Assembly: GCF_006345805.1 (NCBI RefSeq)
Contig: NC_043025.1
Location: 9,982,007-10,046,000 of the forward strand
Direction: 5' to 3'
Origin: Octopus sinensis
Taxonomy: Eukaryota
DNA length: 63,994 nucleotides
Shown in pieces: positions 14,191 through 26,839 of this stretch; the first letter of the stretch is position 1; the number at the start of each line of letters is the position of its first letter. Made by a program: the position numbers and the translations under genes. A model generated the notes under the pieces. It did no database searches and had not been told where the DNA came from. It saw only the letters and a program-made list of their open reading frames with translations.

Positions 14191-14497
14191 AGACAGAGGG
14201 ACTGAGAGATAGACAAACAAATAGACAGATGGATAGATAGACAGACAGACAGATAGATAGAGAGATAGCTAGCTAGCTAGATAGATAGATAGATAGACAA
14301 GTAGATAGATAGATTGATACATATATACATGCATACATACATGCATGCATACATACATACATACATACATACATACATACATACATACATACATACATAC
14401 ATACATACATACAAACATACATACATACATACATACATACATACATACATACAAACATCCATACATACATACATACAAACATACATACATACATACA

Positions 14498-14528
<31 letters not shown>

Positions 14529-14890
14529 CTATAGCAGAAAGATAGACAGACTGAAGGAAGGAATTGTGATAGTGACAATAGAGGTGGTTTGAAAACCAAG
14601 GAGTAGTACTGGCTTTTGCAAAGTTGAAAGAGAGTGATAGGATGAACAAAGGTTCTTAAACACGTTTGTGTGACATCAAACTCTTTGTTTTTCTTCCTAC
14701 TTTAGTCTCTCCGTAATCTTCCTCTCTCTTCCCTTTCTCTAGAATAATGGTATTGAAAGCAATAGAGAATAATTGAAATACATGAAGAGAGAGAGAGAGA
14801 GGGAGATGTAGATAGTGAGAGGGAAAGAAAGGAGGGGAAAAAGAGAGGGAGAATGGTGACAATGGAATCGGTTTGAAAACTGAATAATTC
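13230..14890. repeat. Ancient ~700-bp higher-order tandem duplication containing GATA/GACA/GGTA/CATA tracts
   Basis: Anchor acatcaaactctttgttttt(c/t)ctt recurs near 13235, 14005 and 14673, each followed by tetranucleotide tracts or similar downstream sequence. Confidence 0.6.
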
Positions 14891-15317
14891 ACTCATTCAC
14901 CTCAAGAGTCGGGTTTCACAGGAAGCCCTCCAAACTCAAATAATACAATGTAGTCAGTCAGTGGTGATGGTCACAAAATACAAGTAGATCTGCTGTAATA
15001 GATCTAAATACAGAATTATCAACGTTATCTTTACCACAAAGTGATGCTCCAGCAAGGCCACAGCCCAATGACTGAAACATGTAAAGCATACATAACCTGA
15101 AATTTACATAACACTAGTACCTGCCACTACTGCAATTTTGCTTGGCTTGATGGGTTTTCTCAAGCACAACATAATGCCAAAGGTCTCAATCATTGCCGCC
15201 ATGAGGCCCAACGCTTGAAAGGAACTCAACCACTTTCCCTCCATAAGGCCCAATGCTCAAAAGGAACTCAAGCACTTTGCTTACGTGAGGTCCAATGCTT
15301 GAAAGGTGCTCATATCT

Positions 15318-15403
<86 letters not shown>

Positions 15404-15504
15404 TGCAATCCTATGGTCATTCATGACTGAAGGGGCTCTTCACAGGTATGGTTGTAAGCCCACCACATGGACCTGTTCTTGATGTGGCATGGTAACTTGC
15501 ATGT

Positions 15505-16905
15505 TTCAATGGTCAGTGGCAAGAGAGGAAGAGGCCGACCAAGAACCTGTTGGCTTGACACCATCAAGAGTGATACCGGAATGGACATAGCCAATCTGAA
15601 AGAAGCAGCCCAGGATAGAACTGACTGGAGGACACTGATCCAACGAATGACCGAGAGTCGACTTCGACCGAGCGGATAGATAGATATAAGTGTGTGTATA
15701 TATATGTGTATATATATATATATGGACACTAAAGAAAGCTGGCCAGAAGAGAATTAATGCATTTGAGCTTTGGTGTTGGAGAAGACTTTTACGGATTCCA
15801 TGGACAGCGAGGCTCAGCAATGGAGAAGTTCTTAAGCAGATCAGGCCGAAAATGTCACTAGAAGCTAGGATCACCAAGCATAGATTGGCATATTTTGGTC
15901 ATATTATGCGGAGAAAATCCCTGGATAAGGACATCATGCTCGGAATGGTCAGTGGCAAGAGAGGAAGAGGCCGACCAAGAACCCACTGGCTTGACACCAT
16001 CAAGAGTGATACCGGAATGGACATAGCCAATCTGAAAGAAGCGGCCCAGGATAGAACTGACTGGAGGACACTGATCCAACGAGTGACCGAGAGTCGATTT
16101 CGACTGAGCGGATATAGATAGTGTGTGTGTGTTGGAGAAAACTTTTACGGATTCCATGGACAGCGAGGCTCACCAATGGAGAGGTTCTTAAGCAGATCAG
16201 GCCGAAAATGTCGCTAGAAGCTAGGATCACCAAGCATAGATTGGCATATTTTGGTCATATTCTGCGGAGAAAATCCCTGGAGAAGGACATCAAGCTTGGA
16301 ACGGTCAGTGGCAAGAGAGGAAGAGGCCAACCAAGAACTAGCTGGCATGACACCATCAAGAGTGATACCGGAATGGACATAGCCAATCTGAAAGAAGCGG
16401 CCCAGGATATAACTGACTGGAGGACACTGATCCGAGTGACCGAGAGTCAACTTCGACTGAGCAGATAGATAGATAGATAGATATATATGTGTATATATAT
16501 ATATGTGTATATATATGTGTGTATATATATGTGTATATATATATGGACACTAAAGAAAGCTGACCAGAAGAGAATTAATGCATTCGAGCTTTGGTGTTGG
16601 AGAAGACTTTTACGGATTCCATGGACAGCGAGGCTCACCAATGGAGAAGTTCTTAAGCAGATTAGGCCGAAAATGTCGCTAGAAGCTAGGATCACCAAGC
16701 ATAGATTGGCATATTTCGGTCATATTATGCGGAGAAAATCCCTGGAGAAGGACATCAAGCTCGGAATGGTCAGTGGCAAGAGTGGAAGAGGCTGACCAAG
16801 AACCCCTCTGGCTTGACACCATCAAGAGTGATACCGGAATGGACATGGCCAATCTGAAAGAAGCGGCCCAGGATAGAACTGACCAGAGGACACTGATCCA
16901 GCGGA
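15505..16905 (+). mobile_element. Four tandem 3' fragments of an RTE-clade LINE (ORF C-terminus plus GATA tail)
   Basis: Translation WTLKK..KRINAFELWCWRRLLRIPWTAR..N.EVL...LAYFGHIMRR..L.KDIMLG.V.GKRGRGRPR..WLD.IK..DR..WR is the typical post-RT C-terminus of RTE/BovB-type LINEs. Copies at about 15505-15690, 15722-16121, 16130-16480 and 16544-16905. Confidence 0.9.
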
Positions 16906-17329
16906 TAGAGAGATTACACAATATAACAAGATTCAGCTGAATAAGGTATTTGGAGTTGAGACGCTTGGTTAGCTTGGAATAAAATGCACGCAAAACAATG
17001 ACAGGTGAATACCAACCTTGGTGCAGAAGTACCGACAGATTGATAGTCGGGTAATGTATGCAGTTAATTGGACCCAACCGACTATATAATCTGCTCTTGA
17101 GCTATTCAGACATGTACATTTTATTAAATATACATTCCATTATATACTTCAGAATACGTGAGGGGAATATTCCGAGATGTGTGAATTGAAGAATTAATTT
17201 TTTAAAATTAATCAAAAAATCAATTAAACGGTTCTTTAGAAATGGCTGTAATGAATTGACACCTGCCCATCAATTGTTATTTATTTATCTGTGTATATGC
17301 GTGTGTGCATGTGTGTGTGAGTGTGTGTG

Positions 17330-17362
<33 letters not shown>

Positions 17363-17459
17363 ACATATATGTATGATGGGATGTGGTGTGTGTTGATGGG
17401 ACACCATTATTTGTCATGATGAAGCAATCATCATATAAATATATATATATATATATATC

Positions 17460-17710
17460 ATCATCATCATCATCATCATCGTTTAACGTCCGTTTTCCAT
17501 GCTGGCATGGGTTGGACAGTTCAACTGGGGTCTTGGAAGCCAGGAGGCTGCACCAGGCCCAGTCTGATCTGGCAGTGTTTCTACAGCTGGATGCCCTTCT
17601 AATGCCAACCACTCCGTGAGTGTAGTGGGTGCTTTTTACGTGCCACCGGCACAGGTGCCAGACGAGGCTGGCAAACAGCCACGATCGGATGGTGCTTTTT
17701 ACGTGCCACA
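17460..17710 (-). mobile_element. Retroposon family F (internal ~65-bp repeats, (GAT)n tail)
   Basis: Minus strand ends ccatgccagcatggaaaacggacgttaaacgatgatgatg; gtggcacgtaaaaagcacc motif occurs twice. Confidence 0.75.
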
Positions 17711-17711
17711 C

Positions 17712-17865
17712 AACAGGCTTCTTTCAGTTTCCATCTACTAAATCTACTCACAAGGCTTTGGTAAGCCTGTGGCTATACTAGAAGACACTTGTCCAAGGTG
17801 TCACACAGTAGGACTGAACCGGGGTCCATGTGGTTGAAAAGCAAGCTTCTTACCACACATCCATG
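17712..17865 (-). mobile_element. SINE family A, 5' half
   Basis: Matches the family A head and CORE-like segment in reverse complement. Confidence 0.75.
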
Positions 17866-17904
17866 AGAATTTGGAAACAACAAGGCCTGGAAGAGGATGG
17901 CCTT

Positions 17905-18482
17905 TTTATTTCTTTATTGATCACAAGGGGCTAAACATAGAAGGGACAAACAAGAACAGACAAAGGGATTAAGTCGATTAGATCGACCCCAGTGCATAAC
18001 TGATACTTAATTTATCGACCCCGAAAGGATGAAAGGCAAAGTCGACCTCGGTGGAATTTGAACTCAGAATGTAACAGCAGACGAAATACCTATTTCTTTA
18101 CTACCCACAAGGGGCTAAACACAGAGAGGACAAACAAGTGGATTAAGTCGATTATATCGACCCCAGTGCGTAACTGGTACTTAATTTATCGACCCCGAAA
18201 GGATGAAAGGCAAAGTCGACCTCGGTGGAATTTGAACTCAGAATGTAACAGCAGACGAAATACCTATTTCTTTACTACCCACAAGGGGCTAAACACAGAG
18301 AGGACAAACAAGTGGATTAAGTCGATTATATCGACCCCAGTGCGTAACTGGTGCTTATTTAATTGACCCCGAAAGGATGAAAGGCAAAGTCGACCTCGGC
18401 AGAATTTGAACTCAGAACGTAACAGCAGACGAAATACCAGTAAGCATTTCGCCCGGTGTGCTAACGTTTCTGCCAGTTTGGC
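17905..18482 (-). mobile_element. SINE family B trimer (one head plus three bodies)
   Basis: Junction gacgaaatacc|tatttc at 18090|18091 and 18264|18265 (period 174); head only at 18439-18482. Confidence 0.85.
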
Positions 18483-18608
18483 GAAGATGATAGCCTTCTT
18501 TCAGGAAAACATATGACACAGTGCAGCAGAATCTGAATGGAAGCAGAATATCTAAGGCAGAGCTGAAAAAGCAAGGATCCAACTAGAGTGAAGCAGAAAA
18601 GATAGCTG

Positions 18609-20031
18609 GGATATTTTCGGTTTGAACGGCAGTTTTTAACATAATTTCCACGTAACTAAACACTTTTAAACTTCATATACTGGTAGAATGTGTTTATAAA
18701 ACATCTTTTTCTCTTGGCTTTATTGAGAAAATTCTATAGTTTGTAAGATATTTGTTGTTGTTTTTTCCTTCAATTTCTGCAATTTCAACCAATCACTGAC
18801 GTCTATTGAGGTAAATAAAAACATTCCGACAGCTGTGAGTGAAGAGCAATGGGCCAAAGTTATCAAAGGCCTATGCCGCAGAGAGAGTGAAAGGCTCATG
18901 TAAGAATGGTTATGCACGGTATGTGTGCGTGGTCTAGAATCTCACTGTGTCTGGTAAGAAGCAATATGGTCTCCGGGTCAGTCCTGCTGTGCAGCCATCT
19001 AAGACAGGGTTGGGGAAACTTTTTTAGTGTGGCAAGCAAAAATTTCCAATGGAAGTGGTTCGCAGGTGGACCACAAGTTCTAACTCTTATATATACTCTT
19101 TACTCTTTTACATGTTTTACATGTTTCATTTTTACTGCGGCCTTGCTGGAGCACCGCCTTTAATCGAGCAACTCGACCCCGGGACTTATTCTGTGTTTAT
19201 AAGCCCAGTACTTATTCTATCTATCGGTCCTCTTTAAGAAACAGATTGGGTTTATTTACATTTGTGAAGAAAAAAAGATACCCTTCCCCCCATCCCTAAC
19301 CCTAACCCTAAAACAGATTGAAATGCAATAGATTGATACTAGGGTTATAATTATGGGTGACAATTTCATATGACACCACTAGAAAAAACTGCCGTTCAAA
19401 CCAAAAAGATCCCCTAAACCTAACCCTAACTAAACCTAACCCTAACCCTAACCCTAAAATAGATTGAAATGCAATGGATCGATAGTAGGGTCATAATTAT
19501 GGGTGACAATTTCATATGACACCGCTAGAAAAAACTGCGGTTCAAACCGAAAAGATCCCCTAACCTTAACCCTAACCCTAAAATAGATTGAAATGCAATG
19601 GATCGATACTAGGGTCATAATTATGAGTGACAATTTCATATGACACCGCTAGAAAAAACTGCTATTCAAACCGAAAAGATCCACTAACCCTAACCCTAAA
19701 ACAGATTGAAATGCAATAGATCGATACTAGGGTTATAATTATGGGTGACAATTTCATATGACACCGCTAGAAAAAACTGCCGTTCAAACCGAAAAGATCC
19801 CCTAACCCTAAAATAGATTGAAATGCAATAGATCGATACTAGGGTCATAATTATGGGTGAGAATTTCATATGACACCGCTAGAAAAAACTGCCATTCAAA
19901 CCGAAAAGATCCCCTAACCTTAACCCTAAAATAGACTGAAATGCAATAGATCGATACTAGGGTCATAATTATGGGTGACAATTTCATATGACACCGCTAG
20001 AAAAAACTGCCGTTCAAACCAATAAAGATCC
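18609..20031. mobile_element. Non-autonomous TIR DNA transposon with six tandem copies of its right end
   Basis: TIR ggatattttcggtttgaacggcagttttt ... aaaaaactgccgttcaaaccaataaagatcc; flanks gatagctg (18601-18608) and gacagctg (20032-20039) are a 7/8 match to an 8-bp TSD. Confidence 0.75.
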
Positions 20032-20295
20032 GACAGCTGTGAGTGAAGAGCAATGGGCCAAAGTTATCAAAGGCCTATGCCGCAGAGAGAGTGAAAGGCT
20101 CATGTAAGAATGGTTATTGCACAGGTATGTGTGCGTGGTCTAGAATCTCACTGTGTCTGGTTAAGAAGCAATATGGTCTCCGGGTCAGTCCTGCTGTGCA
20201 GCCATCTAAGACAGGGTTGGGGAAACTTTTTTAGTGTGGCAAGCAAAAATTTCCAATGGAAGTGGTTCGCAGGTGGACCACAAGTTCTAACTCTT

Positions 20296-20962
20296 ATATA
20301 TACTCTTTACTCTTTTACATGTTTCAGTCATTTGACTGCGGCCTTGCTGGAGCACCGCCTTTAATCGAGCAACTCGACCCCGGGACTTATTCTTTTTATA
20401 AGCCCAGTACTTATTCTATCGGTCTCTTTTGCCGAACCTCTAAGTGACGGAGACATAAACACAACAGCATCGGTTGTCAAGCAATGCTAGGGGGACAAAC
20501 AGACATACAAACACACACACGCATATATATATATACATATATACGACGGGCTTCTTTTCAGTTTCCATCTATTAAATCCACTCACAAGGCTTTGGTTGGC
20601 CCGAGGTTATAGTAGAGACACTTGCTCAAGGTGCCACAAGACCCGGGACTTATTCTTTTGTAAGCCCAGTACTTATTCTATCGGTCTCTTTTGCCGAGCC
20701 GCTAAGTAACGGGGACATAAACACACCAGCATCGGTTGTCAAGCAATGCTAGAGGGACAAACACAGACACACAAACACACATGCATATATATATATATAC
20801 ATATATACGATGAGCTTCTTTCAGTTTCCGTCTACCAAATCCACTCACAAGGCATTGGTCGGCCCGGGGCTATAGTAGAAGACACTTGCCCAAGGTGCCG
20901 CGCAGTGGGACTGAACCCGGAACCATGTGGTTGGTAAACAAGCTTACTTACCACACAGCCAC
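20296..20962 (-). mobile_element. SINE family A with internal ~265-bp duplication
   Basis: Segment cccgggacttattc... starts again at about 20641; head at about 20890-20962. Confidence 0.8.
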
Positions 20963-21159
20963 TGTGTAAATTTTGTGTATATCTATGTATAATTCGATAT
21001 ACATTAATAAAGATAATTTTTTACACATTAAAATCTATGCCTGAGAGAAATTTGTGGGGTGGTCATGGCTGGAAACACACTTTGATCACTTATATCTCTC
21101 TTTGTTTTCTAAATCTGAACTGACCTGGGGCTAAACGACATTTGCAATACAAACAGCCA

Positions 21160-22154
21160 TAATTGCAATACCGTTGTTGTTGTTGTTGTTGTTGCTATGG
21201 TCGTTTGGCCTGCAGGTCAGCATTGATTTGGCAGACAGACAGACCTGTGATCAAAGACGGTGGTGGTGTGGTGGAGGGCGGAGAGGAGTGTGTGAGCCAA
21301 TGCATTAAATTGAGTGAGATGTCAGCCTCATACTCCTCTTCATCAATATTTTTGTCATCATCATGACCATCATCGCCACCACCACCATCACAATTATCAT
21401 CATTAAAATCATCATCATCACTACCTTTATCATCATCACCGTCATCATCATCATCATCATCATAACCATCCTCTTCCTCCCTTACCTCCTCTTTCCCTTC
21501 ATTATCATCATCATCACCATCCTCTTCCTTCTCCACTTCCTCTTCATCATCATCCTAATCAACATCACCTTCGTCATCGTCATCGCCACCTTCAACCCCA
21601 TCGTCATTAAAACCATCAATATCATCATCATCATCATCACCATCATCATCGCCATCACCCCACCATCAATTTCATCATCATCATCATCACCACTACCATC
21701 ACCACCACCACGACCATCATCATCCCTATTCTCCTCCTCCTCTTCATCATCATCAACATCATCATCACCAACATCGTCACCATCACTACCACCACCAGTT
21801 TCATCATCATCTGCATCACCATGATCATCATCACCACAACCACCACCACCACCACCATCATCATCTCATCGTCAACATCTCTCTCTCTCTCTACCCCACT
21901 GTTTTCTTTCTATCTCTCTCTCTCTCCTTCTCTCCCCCCACTCTGCCACCTACAAAATATTATTAACCTTTTAATATTGAGTCAAAAGAACTCATTTAAT
22001 TAAAACTAAATTGTTTTATTTTCTTCATTTTTTTGTAAGTCTTTTAATTATTAATTATTAATTATTATCATTACTCTTATTATTATTAATATTGCTGTTG
22101 TTATTTTGACAATCATTATTACTATTGTTATTATTATCATCATCATCATCATCA

Positions 22155-22221
<67 letters not shown>

Positions 22222-22890
22222 CATTATTATTATTATTATTATTATTATCATCATCATCATTGTCATCATCTTTGCCATCATCATCGTCATCTTTGGTATC
22301 ATCATCGTTATTATAAATTTATTAATTAATAAATTTATATATTTATATACTCATTTATTTATTTATTTATTTATTTATTATTTATTTATTAAAAAAAAAT
22401 AAACCGAGATTTTTCTTTGTTTTTTTTGTTTTTGTAATTACAAAAATATTTTGTTTGTTTTATATTTATTTATTTTTTATCTCTTCATTTCTCAGCAAAA
22501 ATTAATTCAACGAAAAATTTTTAAAACAATTTCTGTATTTATTTATTTTCTCTTTCGATTATTTCTTAATTTAAATTATTTTAAAATTCATTTTCCCCCC
22601 TTATTTTCCATTATTTTTCCATTTTTTTTTTGTTTCATTCTTCTTATTAAACACATTTTCAAAAAATATATATTCTTGTTAATTTTTTATTAGTTCCTCA
22701 CACATACGGAAACACACACACACACACACACACATAATGTATATATATATATATATACATATACACATGTATATGTACATAAATATTTATATATATATAT
22801 ATGTGTGTGTGCGTGTGTGTGTGTGCATGTTTGTGTATATACTTAAATATGTATGCATACACATATATATATGTATACACATATATATGA

Positions 22891-22922
<32 letters not shown>

Positions 22923-23250
22923 GTGTGTGTGTGTGTGTATTATACGCATACATATGTTCTATAAAATATATTTTTTGAAAATTTTCTGACTTGTAAAATT
23001 GAAAAAGAAATATAACAAAAATTCATTTTAGTATTTTTTACTACTACTACTGCTGCTGCTACTACTACTACTACTACTACTACTACTAATACTACTACTA
23101 CTACTAGTACTACTGCTACTGCTGGAACTACTACTACTACTACTAGTACTAGTACTACTGCTACTGCTGCTGCTGGAACTACTACTACTACTACTGTTAT
23201 TTCTATTATTGGTGGGAGGTTATAATTTTTGCTTAATAATAGCAATAACT

Positions 23251-23281
<31 letters not shown>

Positions 23282-23571
23282 TAATAATAATAATAATAGC
23301 AATAATAATAATAATAATAATTACGGTGATGATGTTGATGATGCTGATGATGATGATTTGTCGTTTTTTTTTTTTTCTTGAGTTCTTTTTTTTTCCGGTT
23401 CATAATTTAAATGATTTATTGAAAAAAAGAATGTTATCTTTTGAAGTGAAGTCGTCTGAAATATTGAGGTCACCGTTATAATCATCATAATCTTCGTCAT
23501 CATCGTCATTATCATCATCGTCGCCATCATCTTCGACATCATCATCATCATCGTCATCGTCGTCGGCATTG

Positions 23572-23602
<31 letters not shown>

Positions 23603-23676
23603 TGTCATCATCATCAGCCTCTGACTATATTGTTGCTAGCAAAGTTTTCAGTAATGAAATGTCTGTCATGCATATA

Positions 23677-23709
<33 letters not shown>

Positions 23710-23723
23710 ATGTATGTATATAT

Positions 23724-23780
<57 letters not shown>

Positions 23781-23819
23781 GCATGTATATATGAGCATAG
23801 GTAAACACATATGCATACA

Positions 23820-23869
<50 letters not shown>

Positions 23870-23900
23870 CACATATGCTCACTCACTCACACACATATAC
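21160..23900. repeat. Microsatellite and low-complexity block (TTG, CAT, ATT, TA, CTA)
   Basis: Direct reading. Confidence 0.9.
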
Positions 23901-24019
23901 TTTCACACAATTATGACCACATAATCTTACGTATAAATACACAATCACACCTTCAAAGATGTAATCATACACACACACAAATCAATTCACATACACACAC
24001 ATACTGAAATACAACACAT

Positions 24020-24265
24020 GCATACACACACACCATATACACACACACATACACACAGAACTATATACACACTTACATGCATGCACACACAGAACTATAT
24101 ACACACACACAGAACTATATACACACTCACACACACAGAACTATATACACACTCACACACACACACAGAACTATATACACACATATGCACACATACAGAA
24201 CTATATACACACTCACACACAGAACTATATACACACACACACACACACAGAACTATATACACAGT

Positions 24266-24296
<31 letters not shown>

Positions 24297-24830
24297 CTAT
24301 ATACACACTCACACATACACAGAACTATATACACACTCATACACACACAGAGAACTATATACACACACATACACACACACAAAACTATATACACACTCAC
24401 ACACACAGAACTATATACGCACACATACACACACACAAAACTATATACACACTCATACACACACAGAACTATATACACACTCATACACACACACAGAACT
24501 ATATACACACACATACACACACACAAAACTATATACACACTCACACACACAGAACTATATACGCACACACATACACACACACAGAACTATATACACACTC
24601 ACACATACACACACATACACATATAACTTCATACCCCCAATCTCATGCACTTTAACATCACACACACATACACACACACAAAACTATATACACACTCACA
24701 CACACAGAACTATATACGCACACACATACACACACACAGAACTATATACACACTCACACACACACACACACATACACATATAACTTCATACCCTCAATCT
24801 CGTGCACTTTAACATCACACACACACACAC
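24020..24830. repeat. Minisatellite (ca)n-gaactatatacacact, about 22-32 bp unit
   Basis: Recurring cacagaactatatacaca anchor between CA tracts. Confidence 0.9.
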
Positions 24831-25107
24831 ATACACACAAAAGCAAATACTCATAAATTTTTTTAAAAATATAAACAGAATTCCATCCGTTCCAGTCATG
24901 GGTGACCAATTGTTCAATCAGGTGAATTATCAGCTCTTGAATTAACACATAAGTGGCTGAATATTCCTTAGTTACATGGCCCTGCTCTCACATATTGTCT
25001 GCTCTTATGCCGTGTTAATGAGGCTATAACGAAATTCTTCCCAATTAAGCGTGAGTTGCCCATCAAATGAAGCCACAACATTACTTCATTCTAACCTCTT
25101 TAATAAT

Positions 25108-25385
25108 GATAATGATAATTGTGTACAGTGCTCAGGTGCACTACAACTCATCTAAAGTGTATATATAATCAGGTGTAGTTTCAACGGATTTTGGAAAGCA
25201 TGAGGGCCTTAAAAGATGCAGAGTCATGGCAGTCAACAACTGATGCAGGCAGTTTATTCCATGCTTCAGCAACTCTGAGCGTGAAAAAATGTTTCCGAAA
25301 GTCATGGGAGCTGTGTTGTTTTCTGACTTTGTAGGCATGTCCACGTGTGTTAGACACATGGAGATCAAAAAGGTGTTCAGTGTTC
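25108..25385 (-). mobile_element. CR1-clade LINE 3' fragment
   Basis: Minus frame EHLFDLHVSNTRGHAYKVRKQHSSHDFRKHFFTLRVAEAWNKLPASVV...FKALMLSKIR* matches the CR1/L2 'RGH...FF..RV...WN.LP' C-terminal motif. Confidence 0.85.
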
Positions 25386-25458
25386 AGTGTTTATAATGTT
25401 TCTTTGGCAGAAATATTTGGGATGGTTTGCTATTGCCTTCCTCCAACTGGATACTCTT

Positions 25459-26224
25459 GTGGAGGCACGAGGTCTAGTGGTTAGAGCAGCGGACTCGCGG
25501 TCGAGGGATCGCGGGTTCGTATCTCAGACCGAGCGGTGTGTGTGTTTATGAGCGAAACACCTAAGCTCCACGCGGCTCCGGCAGAAGGTAATGGTGAACT
25601 TCTACCAGTCAGTGGAGGCATATGGCCTAGTAGTTAGAGCAGCAGACTAAGGTCGAGGGATCGCGGGTTCAAATCTCAGACCGAGCGGTGTGTGTGTTTA
25701 TGAGCGAAACACCTAAGCTCCACACGGCTCTGGCAGAAGGTAATGATGAACTTCTACCAGTCAGCGGAGGCACATGGCCTAGTGGTTAGAGCAGCGGACT
25801 CGCGGTCAAGGGATCGTGGGTTCGAATCTCAGACCAAGCAGTGTGTGTGTTTATGAGCGAAACACCTAAGCTCCACGCGGCTCCGGCAGAAGGTAATGGT
25901 GAACTTCTACCAGTCAGTGGAGGCACATGGCCTAGTGGTTAGAGCAGCAGACTCGCGGTCGAGGGATCGCATGTTCGAATCTCAGACCGAGCGGTGTGTG
26001 TGTTTATGAGCGAAACACCTAAGCTCCACAAGGCTCCGGCAGAAGGTAATGGCGAAACTTCTGCTGACTCTTTCGCCACAACTTATTCTCACTCTTTCCT
26101 CCTGCGTCTTGCAGCTCACCTGCGATGGACCGGCGTCCCATCCAGGTGGGGAACCTATACACCAAGGAAACCGGGAAACCGGCCCTTATGAGCCAGGCAT
26201 GGGTCGAGAAGGAACAAACAAAAA
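25459..26224 (+). mobile_element. SINE family C with four tandem tRNA-like heads, 13-bp TSD
   Basis: Heads start at 25459, 25612, 25764 and 25917 (period 152-153); single tail ending gagaaggaacaaac; aactggatactct at 25445-25457 and 26225-26237. Confidence 0.9.
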
Positions 26225-26251
26225 AACTGGATACTCTCTTTATTCTTTTAC

Positions 26252-26650
26252 TTGTAGGAGTGGCTGTGTGGTAAGTAGCTTGCTTACGAACCACATGGTT
26301 CAAGGTTCAGTCCCACTGCGTGGCACCTTGGGCAAGTGTCTTCTACTATAGCCTCGGGCCGACCTGAGCCTTCTGAGTGGATTTGGTAGACGGAAACTAA
26401 AAGAAGCCCGTTGTATGTATATATATATGTATGTATGTATGTGTGTGTATATGTTCTTGTGTGTGTTAGTACCCCCAACATTGCTTGACAACCGATGCTG
26501 GTGTGTTTATGTCCCCGTAATTTAGCGATTTGGCAAAAAAGACCGATAGAATAAGTACTAGGCTTACAAAGAATAAGTTCTGGGGTCGATTTGCTCAACT
26601 AAAGGCGGTGCTCCAGCATGGCCACAGTCAAATGACTTATACAAGTAACA
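26252..26650 (+). mobile_element. SINE family A
   Basis: Full head, CORE-like segment, internal (TA/TG)n and tail. Confidence 0.85.
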
Positions 26651-26654
26651 GAGA

Positions 26655-26692
<38 letters not shown>

Positions 26693-26839
26693 TGGATGTG
26701 TGTATTTTTCCCTTGTTTACAATTAACAGAGAAAAAATAGATAAACGGTTACCAGGGCAACAAAAAAAATCACACAAGTAATAAGGACGTAACACCCTGT
26801 TTGTAAAGGTAGAAACTCCAGGTCGATGTGAAATACACA

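Noticed and set aside
19290-19460. True telomere or chromosome-fusion scar
   Set aside because: Only two to four hexamers at a time, always embedded in the transposon end unit.
25459-26070. Tandem tRNA gene cluster
   Set aside because: Heads have A and B boxes but continue into SINE body without an acceptor-stem 3' strand, and the set is bounded by a TSD.
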